In this document: one piece after another, positions 1 to 5,359 of the stretch | Layout: every line of letters begins with the position of its first letter | How positions within the stretch are numbered: position 1 is the stretch's first letter | From: Rhodothermales bacterium | GTDB lineage: Bacteria; Bacteroidota; Rhodothermia; Rhodothermales; VXPQ01 | DNA length: 13,206 nucleotides | Direction of reading: 5' to 3' | NCBI GenBank assembly: GCA_040904565.1 | Contig: JBBDTI010000012.1 | Span: 1 to 13,206, forward strand | Position numbers and translations under genes: made by a program | Notes under the pieces: model-generated | Database searches by the model: none | The model's input: the letters and a program-made list of their open reading frames with translations, nothing else | Told to the model about the DNA's origin: nothing

Positions 1-406
1 GGGGATCGAGCCGGTCCAGCACCCCGTCGCGGTAGCCGATCCAGACGACGCCGCGGATGGGATCGTAGGTGATGGCATCCGTCTGGACGCTGTGCAGCCC
101 TTCACTCGCGGTGTAGGATGAGATCTCACCGGAGTCGACGACGTATCGAAAGACGCCGCCCGTCGTGGCGGCCCAAATGGCGGCCTCGGAGGCGGCTGCA
201 TCGGAGCCGGCGCCGGAGCTGGTTACGTCCTGGATCTGGCGCATCGACGTGTGGGCCGTCCACCTGGCCTCCTGGGCCGCCGCCGGCACCGTGCCGGCGA
301 GGACTGCGATGACTGTAACGCCTGCAATTACGCCGATTATTCCGAGTATGCCGCGGAGCGCCGGGGCGCAGCGAAGAAACATGATACATCGTACGATCGA
401 ACGCAT
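1..406 (-). CDS. Partial (3' end runs off the window) secreted beta-propeller protein, PorZ-like / two-component-regulator-propeller family (T9SS-associated)
   Basis: Not in the ORF track; translated by hand from ATG at 406 (alternative ATG at 382): MRSIVRCIMFLRCAPALRGILGIIGVIAGVTVIAVLAGTVPAAA-QEARWTAHTSMRQIQDV...AIWAATTGGVFRY...YTASEGLHSVQTDAITYDPIRGVVWIGYRDGVLDRLDP, open to the edge. Sec-type signal peptide ending AAA|Q; W-x-x-H-x-S, WAAT-x-GG, GL and WIGY-x-x-G-x-L-D resemble the PorZ N-terminal propeller blades. Confidence 0.75.
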   Translation of the reverse strand, partial: MRSIVRCIMFLRCAPALRGILGIIGVIAGVTVIAVLAGTVPAAAQEARWTAHTSMRQIQDVTSSGAGSDAAASEAAIWAATTGGVFRYVVDSGEISSYTASEGLHSVQTDAITYDPIRGVVWIGYRDGVLDRLDP

Positions 407-427
407 GTACAGCCGTGACGCCCCGTT

Positions 428-892
428 TTAGATCTGGCGGAGAAGGTTTACCATTTCGATGGCCGCCACGGCGGCGTCGGCCCCCTTGTTGCCCGCCTTC
501 GAGCCGGCCCGCTCGAGGGCCTGCTCGATCGTGTCCGTCGTGATGACGCCGAAGATCACCGGTACGCCGGTTTCGAGCGTCGCCTGCGTCGTGCCGCTCG
601 TGACGGAGCTGCACACCAGATCGAAATGCGGCGTCGCCCCTCGGATGACGGCCCCCAGGCAGATGACGGCGTCGTAGGCGCCCGACTCGGCGAGTTTCTT
701 GGCGACGAGGGGGATCTCGACGGCTCCCGGACACCAGACGACCGTGGCCTCGTCGACGTTCGCGCCATGCCGGCGCAGCGTGTCGAGCGCCCCCGAGAGG
801 AGCCGCTCGGTGACGAGCTCATTAAACCGGCTGACGACGATGGCGAACCGCGCATCACCGGCGACGTGTGATCCTTCTATGGTCTTGGGCAT
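428..892 (-). CDS. ribH: 6,7-dimethyl-8-ribityllumazine synthase (riboflavin biosynthesis)
   Basis: C-terminal 154 aa of the 428..1936 ORF, from ATG at 892: MPKTIEG...[11 protein letters not shown]...PGAVEIP...[19 protein letters not shown]...[27 protein letters not shown]; all hallmark lumazine synthase motifs and typical length. Confidence 0.98.
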   Translation of the reverse strand: MPKTIEGSHVAGDARFAIVVSRFNELVTERLLSGALDTLRRHGANVDEATVVWCPGAVEIPLVAKKLAESGAYDAVICLGAVIRGATPHFDLVCSSVTSGTTQATLETGVPVIFGVITTDTIEQALERAGSKAGNKGADAAVAAIEMVNLLRQI

Positions 893-898
893 CGATCT

Positions 899-943
899 TT
901 GCTGTTCGTCGTGAATCGCTTCAATATGGCTCGCTTCGTCGTG
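899..943. repeat. Three degenerate 15-bp tandem units between PHP and ribH
   Basis: TTGCTGTTCGTCGTG / AATCGCTTCAATATG / GCTCGCTTCGTCGTG; TTC recurs at exact 15-nt spacing, TTCGTCGTG in units 1 and 3, TCGCTTC in units 2 and 3. Confidence 0.6.
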
Positions 944-951
944 CGTGGCGT

Positions 952-1776
952 CTACGCCGCGGCCCGGCGAATCTGCTCCAGGCGTCGGTAGGGAATGCTG
1001 TACGTAAACAGGTTCTCGTCTTCTCCCGGACGGAATCCATGATAATCGGATCCGCCCGTCTGGATCAACCCGCTCTTTCGTGCCAGGTCGCCGTAGCGGC
1101 GCGTGAGGGCCGGACTGTGGGACGGATGGACCGTTTCGATGCCGTCCATACCCACCGCCACGAGCTTCTCGATCGTGAAGCCGTCCACACGCGTGCCCGG
1201 GTGGGCCAGCACGGCGACGCCCCCCGCATCGTGCAGCAGGGCTACGGCCTCGCGGGCCGGGAAGCGCGGTTTCGACACGAAGGCCGGTCCGTCGTCCCGA
1301 AGATAGTTGGCGAAGGCCGAGTCGTAGGACGGTACCAGTCCGGCATCGACGAGCGCCTGGGCGACGTGCGGCCGGCCGACGACGCCGCCGGCGGCCCGTT
1401 CGAGCACGGCGTCCATCCGCACCGGCAATCCCAGCTCGCGGAGCCGTGCCACGATCGCCTCCGCGCGCTCCATGCGCCGCTGCCGGAACGTCTCCAAATG
1501 CGCGCGCAGGCCCGCGTGCCGCGGATCGAAACCGTATCCCAGCAGGTGGATCTCCTCGTCGCCGACTGTCACGCTCAATTCGACGCCGGTAATCAGCTCC
1601 ACGCCCAGACGATCCGCCACCGGACGGGCCTCCTCCAGCGCGTCGACCGCGTCGTGATCCGTGATCGCCAGCGCACGGAGTCCGGCCGCATGCACCTTCT
1701 TCACGAGCTCCTCCGGGAGGAGCTTGCCGTCGGATCGGACGGTGTGCGTATGTAAATCGGCTCGTCGTACGTCCAT
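952..1776 (-). CDS. PHP-domain metal-dependent phosphoesterase (YciV/TrpH-like; 3',5'-nucleoside bisphosphate phosphatase / exoribonuclease family)
   Basis: Motifs ADLHTHT-x-x-SDG, AITDHD, GVELS, IHLLG, GRPHVA, LAHP, GIE-x-x-H, TGGSDYHG. Start placed at ATG 1776 ([11 protein letters not shown]) rather than GTG 1818. Confidence 0.95.
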   Translation of the reverse strand: MDVRRADLHTHTVRSDGKLLPEELVKKVHAAGLRALAITDHDAVDALEEARPVADRLGVELITGVELSVTVGDEEIHLLGYGFDPRHAGLRAHLETFRQRRMERAEAIVARLRELGLPVRMDAVLERAAGGVVGRPHVAQALVDAGLVPSYDSAFANYLRDDGPAFVSKPRFPAREAVALLHDAGGVAVLAHPGTRVDGFTIEKLVAVGMDGIETVHPSHSPALTRRYGDLARKSGLIQTGGSDYHGFRPGEDENLFTYSIPYRRLEQIRRAAA

Positions 1777-1844
1777 ATATTGACCGTAGCGCGCGGCGAA
1801 GTTGGCAGTGGCACGCACCGAAGGCCGGCCGGCCTCGACGCGCA

Positions 1845-1919
1845 GGCAGTGTCAGTAGAGGCCGTGTCAACCCAGGCCGTGTCAACCCGGGCCGTGTCAG
1901 CACGGGCAGTGTCAGTGCG
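1845..1919. repeat. Five 15-bp tandem units with near-invariant GGC(A/C)GTGTCA core in the divergent PHP/HIT intergenic region
   Basis: GGCAGTGTCAGTAGA / GGCCGTGTCAACCCA / GGCCGTGTCAACCCG / GGCCGTGTCAGCACG / GGCAGTGTCAGTGCG read directly from the sequence. Confidence 0.95.
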
Positions 1920-1921
1920 GC

Positions 1922-1953
1922 TTCGCTACAACTCACGTCACCGGCTATTGTTT
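1922..1953 (+). promoter_or_regulatory. Weak candidate Bacteroidota-type promoter for the HIT gene
   Basis: TTCG(1922-1925)-N20-TATTGTTT(1946-1953) compared with consensus TTTG-N19-21-TAnnTTTG; several mismatches, but it is the only AT-rich patch before the ATG at 1970. Confidence 0.25.
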
Positions 1954-1969
1954 TAGGTCACCTGTTACG

Positions 1970-2470
1970 ATGAAGAAGATGTGGAGCCCCTGGCGATCCA
2001 GGCACATTGCATCCACCACCCGCCAATCCGACGAGGAACGGGCCGAGCTTTTCGAGCGGATCGCGCGGTCGGACGACGACGAGGCGAATTACGTGGTCTA
2101 CCGGGGGAAGACCGCGTTCGTGGTGATGAACCTGTATCCCTACAATAACGGCCATCTCCTCATCGTGCCCTTCCGCCGCGTCGAGCACTACGACGCGCTG
2201 ACCGACGAGGAACAGGTGGAAATTGCCCGGCTGACGGACCGGTGCATTCGCTGGCTGCGCCGTGCCCTCTCGCCCGACGGCTTTAACGTGGGGATGAATC
2301 TCGGCAGTGCCGGGGGCGCGGGCGTGCCCGAGCATCTCCACGTGCACGTCGTCCCGCGCTGGAACGGCGACACGAATTTCATGGCGACGGTCAGCGACGT
2401 GAAGGTCATCCCGGAGTCGATGGACCGGACCTACCACAAGCTGCTCGCGGCCGTCCAAGAGGTGGAGTAG
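1970..2470 (+). CDS. HIT-family hydrolase (Ap4A phosphorylase / Rv2613c-like subgroup)
   Basis: Histidine triad HLHVHVVPRW, N-terminal MWSPWR, NLYPYNNGHLLIVP, GFNVGMNLG-x-AGGAG, GDTNFM. Confidence 0.95.
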   Translation: MKKMWSPWRSRHIASTTRQSDEERAELFERIARSDDDEANYVVYRGKTAFVVMNLYPYNNGHLLIVPFRRVEHYDALTDEEQVEIARLTDRCIRWLRRALSPDGFNVGMNLGSAGGAGVPEHLHVHVVPRWNGDTNFMATVSDVKVIPESMDRTYHKLLAAVQEVE

Positions 2471-2553
2471 CGCGCCACGGCACCGACAGAACGAATCATT
2501 GTATTGCTGACGGCGTAACGCGTACCCTCACCCCGTTAACGAGACGCATCCGC

Positions 2554-3777
2554 ATGTCCAACGCCGCCGAAAGGACGTCCGAGACTGGGACCGGCAACGG
2601 CCTGCCGAAGCGTCCCGATGAGCCGCAGTCGCCGATCTCGCTGAAGCGTATCCTCTGGCCGCTGCTCCTGAGCCTCACCGTGCTCGTGGTGATCGGCATC
2701 TTTACGTTCGAGGCTGAGGAATACCGGCAGATCGTCGGCCGCATCAACGGTTGGTGGATGGGAGCGGCGCTGCTGAGCGTGGTGCTCCGGGTGTATATGG
2801 GAGGATGGCGCCTCGATTTCATCTCGCACGGACGCCTGGGGCGCTCGGCCGCCGTACGCGCACAGCTGGCATGGGACTTTTTCTCGAACGTGACACCGTC
2901 AGCCATCGGCGGCGCCCCGTTCGCCGCGATTTACGTGGCCCGCGACAAGCGCATCGACGTCGGCGAGTCGACCTCGCTGCTGCTCTTTACCGTGCTGCTC
3001 GATCAGATCTGGTTCGCGCTCACCATCCCGGTCGTGCTCGTCACGTCGCTGTATATGGACGTGATCCCGACGTCGTTCGGAGACGTGGGTACGGCGGCCT
3101 TCGTGATCTATTTCCTCGGTCTGCTCGCCTGGGTGGTGTTTTTCGGATACGCCACGCTCGTGCGGCCAGATCACCTGCAGCGGTTTGCCGCCTGGCTGTT
3201 CACGTTTCGGTGGCTGCGCCGGTTTCAGAACCGCGTCGAGCGGGAAATGCGGCAGCTGCGCCACCGCGCGAAGATCCTGCGGTCGCAGCCCGTCGGATTT
3301 TACGTAAAGGGACTCCTCCTGACGATCGGAACGTGGATGGGGCGCTATCTGCTGCTCGTTTTCATCGTGTGGGGGTTTCTGGAGGAGTTCGATAAGGTGC
3401 TGATGGTCCTCCGCACGGCGGCGATGACGCTCGGCACGCTCGTTCTACCCACGCCGGGCGGCGCCGGCGGCATCGAAGGACTCTACGCCCTGTTCATCGG
3501 ACCGATGATACCGGCGGCCATCCTGGTCCCGACCCTGCTCGTATGGCGCTTCCTCGGCTATTACCTCTTCATCGGACTCGGGGTGTTCCTCTCGGCGCAT
3601 CACGTGCAGAAGACCATCCGCAGGAACGCACGGGACGCGGCGGATGGTGCACGGCATGACGATGCACGGAAAGACGATGCACGGGAGAACGAAGCGCGGG
3701 CCGAAGACGAGCAGGCGCAGGATGCCCGGTCTCAGGATGAACCCTCGCGGCCGTCCAGCCCGCAAGAAGCGCAATAG
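2554..3777 (+). CDS. Lysylphosphatidylglycerol-synthase TM-domain / flippase-like membrane protein (UPF0104 type)
   Basis: About 8 hydrophobic segments; family motifs FFSNVTPSAIGGAP and LPTPGGAGGIEG, LVWRFLGYYL; acidic low-complexity C-terminal tail. Confidence 0.9.
   Translation: MSNAAERTSETGTGNGLPKRPDEPQSPISLKRILWPLLLSLTVLVVIGIFTFEAEEYRQIVGRINGWWMGAALLSVVLRVYMGGWRLDFISHGRLGRSAAVRAQLAWDFFSNVTPSAIGGAPFAAIYVARDKRIDVGESTSLLLFTVLLDQIWFALTIPVVLVTSLYMDVIPTSFGDVGTAAFVIYFLGLLAWVVFFGYATLVRPDHLQRFAAWLFTFRWLRRFQNRVEREMRQLRHRAKILRSQPVGFYVKGLLLTIGTWMGRYLLLVFIVWGFLEEFDKVLMVLRTAAMTLGTLVLPTPGGAGGIEGLYALFIGPMIPAAILVPTLLVWRFLGYYLFIGLGVFLSAHHVQKTIRRNARDAADGARHDDARKDDARENEARAEDEQAQDARSQDEPSRPSSPQEAQ
3643..3747 (+). 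repeat. In-frame 15-bp (pentapeptide) tandem array in the C-terminal tail of the flippase-like gene
   Basis: GATGGTGCACGGCAT / GACGATGCACGGAAA / GACGATGCACGGGAG / AACGAAGCGCGGGCC / GAAGACGAGCAGGCG / CAGGATGCCCGGTCT / CAGGATGAACCCTCG = DGARH DDARK DDARE NEARA EDEQA QDARS QDEPS. Confidence 0.85.
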
Positions 3778-3798
3778 GCTCCTGCTCACCCATTACAT

Positions 3799-3860
3799 CC
3801 CCCTTCACACTCCCCTTCAGTTCCCCTCTTCACGTCTCCCCTTCACGTCTTCCCTTCACG
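3799..3860 (+). repeat. Pyrimidine-rich imperfect tandem repeat, five CC(C/T)CTTCA-type units of about 11-15 bp
   Basis: CCCCTTCACACT / CCCCTTCAGTT / CCCCTCTTCACGTCT / CCCCTTCACGTCT / TCCCTTCACG, ending exactly at the ATG at 3861. Confidence 0.9.
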
Positions 3861-4910
3861 ATGTCCGACACGTCCGACCCCTCCATCGACGCGCGCCGAA
3901 GGCAGATCGACCGTTTCGACTTCCGCGACGTGCATCCGTCCGCGCGCTTCGGAACGGCCAGCGACCGCTACGCGGGATGGATCGGACAGATTTATCCGCC
4001 GTCGTACGCCGACCGGATCAGCACGCGCAAACGCCGCCTGGGCGGGAAGACGTTCGAAGAGCGCACCCTCCCCATCGAATCCGTAGCCGACTATTTCGAG
4101 CATTTCGGGGTGCTGGAGCTCGATTTCACGTATTACCGGCCGCTGCGCGACGCGGACGGCGAGGCGACGAGCAATTACTGGGTGCTGGCGAACTACGCGG
4201 AGCACGCTCCGCCCCAGGCGCGCTTCTACCTCAAGGTGCCGCGTACCTATTTCTCCCGCATCCTTCGGCGCGGGAGCGGGAAGAATGTCGAGTACGTGGA
4301 CAACCCGGATTTTCTGGACGTCGACGCGTACGTCGCCCAGTTTCACGAGCCCGCCGCGGAGGTGCTGGGGGATCGCATCGTGGGGTTTCTCTTCGAGCAG
4401 GAATACCAGCGCAAGAACGAAAGCCCGACCCCGGAGGAGAACGTCGCGGAGCTCGCGCCCTTCTTCGATGAACTGCCGACGGGCGTCCAGCCGCACGTCG
4501 AGCTGCGCTCCGAGCATCTACTGGCGCCGCCCTATTTCGAGTGGCTCGAGGACCGCGGCATCGGCTTCGTCTTCAGTCACTGGACCTGGCTGCCGCCCAT
4601 CCGGAAGCAGTGGACGATGGCAGGCGAGCGCTTTACGGCGGCGGACGGCAACGCAGTCGCGCGGCTCCTCACGCCGCTCAACATGCGCTATGCGGATGCC
4701 TACGCCAGAGCATATCCGTTCGACCGGGCCGTCGAGGAGATCTGCGCTACCGAGCAGGCTCGGAATATGGTGATGGACGTCACGGCGCTCCTGTTTCAGG
4801 CCGAAAAACACAGCCAGCTGCTGAACGTGCTCGCCAACAATCGCGCCTGGGGCAACGCGCCCATCCTCACCCGGGAGATCGCGAACCGCATACTGGACTT
4901 CGAGGCCTAA
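3861..4910 (+). CDS. DUF72 (YecE-like) TIM-barrel protein
   Basis: FGTAS-x-x-Y-x-GW-x-G-x-IYP, YFEHF-x-x-LELDFTYYRP, FYLKVP, HVELR, W-x-W-x-P, ANN-x-x-x-G-x-AP match the DUF72 pattern in order. Confidence 0.9.
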   Translation: MSDTSDPSIDARRRQIDRFDFRDVHPSARFGTASDRYAGWIGQIYPPSYADRISTRKRRLGGKTFEERTLPIESVADYFEHFGVLELDFTYYRPLRDADGEATSNYWVLANYAEHAPPQARFYLKVPRTYFSRILRRGSGKNVEYVDNPDFLDVDAYVAQFHEPAAEVLGDRIVGFLFEQEYQRKNESPTPEENVAELAPFFDELPTGVQPHVELRSEHLLAPPYFEWLEDRGIGFVFSHWTWLPPIRKQWTMAGERFTAADGNAVARLLTPLNMRYADAYARAYPFDRAVEEICATEQARNMVMDVTALLFQAEKHSQLLNVLANNRAWGNAPILTREIANRILDFEA

Positions 4911-4914
4911 CCCC

Positions 4915-5256
4915 TCACGCCCTCCCGAAGTCATCCTCTAGCCGGATGATGTCGTCTTCCAGGCAGATCCCGAGCTGGGTCTCGATGATGACGAGATACT
5001 CTTCGCCGTCGTTTTCCAGCCGATGCACGTCCCCCAGGTCGACGTAGAGGGCATCCCCCTGCTCGACCTTCCGCACGTCGTCGTTGAGAGTGAAGAGCCC
5101 GCTGCCCTGCACGACCACCCAGTGCTCGCGGCGGTGTTCGTGCTTCTGCAGCGAGAGGCGCCTTCCCGGGTGGACGACGATGCGCTTGACGCGGTAACCC
5201 GGCTCGTTGAGGTACTCTTCCCAGCGGCCCCAGGGTCTGTTGTCGGAGTCGATCAT
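4915..5256 (-). CDS. Stand-alone phosphomannose isomerase type II C-terminal cupin domain protein
   Basis: From ATG 5256, 113 aa: RPWG, VKRIVVHPG-x-RLSLQKHEHRREHWVVVQG, HRLEN, IETQLG-x-x-LEDDIIRLEDDFGR; this is the ManC/GMP-PMI C-terminal cupin signature. Confidence 0.93.
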   Translation of the reverse strand: MIDSDNRPWGRWEEYLNEPGYRVKRIVVHPGRRLSLQKHEHRREHWVVVQGSGLFTLNDDVRKVEQGDALYVDLGDVHRLENDGEEYLVIIETQLGICLEDDIIRLEDDFGRA

Positions 5257-5270
5257 GGATCTGTTCGGCT

Positions 5271-5345
5271 TGATGATGCAGAATCTGACGATGCAACGCG
5301 TGACCGTGCGGCACGTGATGGAACCGCACCTCGTGCTGCAGGAAG
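5271..5345. repeat. Four to five degenerate 15-bp tandem units between the NhaC-family gene and the cupin gene
   Basis: TGATGATGCAGAATC / TGACGATGCAACGCG / TGACCGTGCGGCACG / TGATGGAACCGCACC / TCGTGCTGCAGGAAG; TGA recurs at exact 15-nt spacing four times and TGC at positions 7-9 in four units. Confidence 0.75.
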
Positions 5346-5359
5346 CACGTAGCAGTAAA

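Noticed and set aside
893-951. FMN riboswitch upstream of ribH
   Set aside because: Only 59 nt and no FMN aptamer consensus; none is recognisable upstream of the PHP gene either.
1845-1919. Possible mini-CRISPR array
   Set aside because: 10-nt repeats with 5-nt linkers are far too short and no cas genes are present.
893-1936. 502-aa ORF suggesting a long N-terminal extension or PHP-RibH frameshift fusion
   Set aside because: The extension overlaps the PHP gene in another frame, is Arg/Gly/Pro-rich shadow sequence typical of high GC, and RibH is complete from ATG 892; no slippery site is evident.
2471-2553. Possible hairpin or small RNA between HIT and the flippase-like gene
   Set aside because: Only weak imperfect complementarity (CGTAACG/CGTTAACG), no U-tract and no recognisable RNA family.
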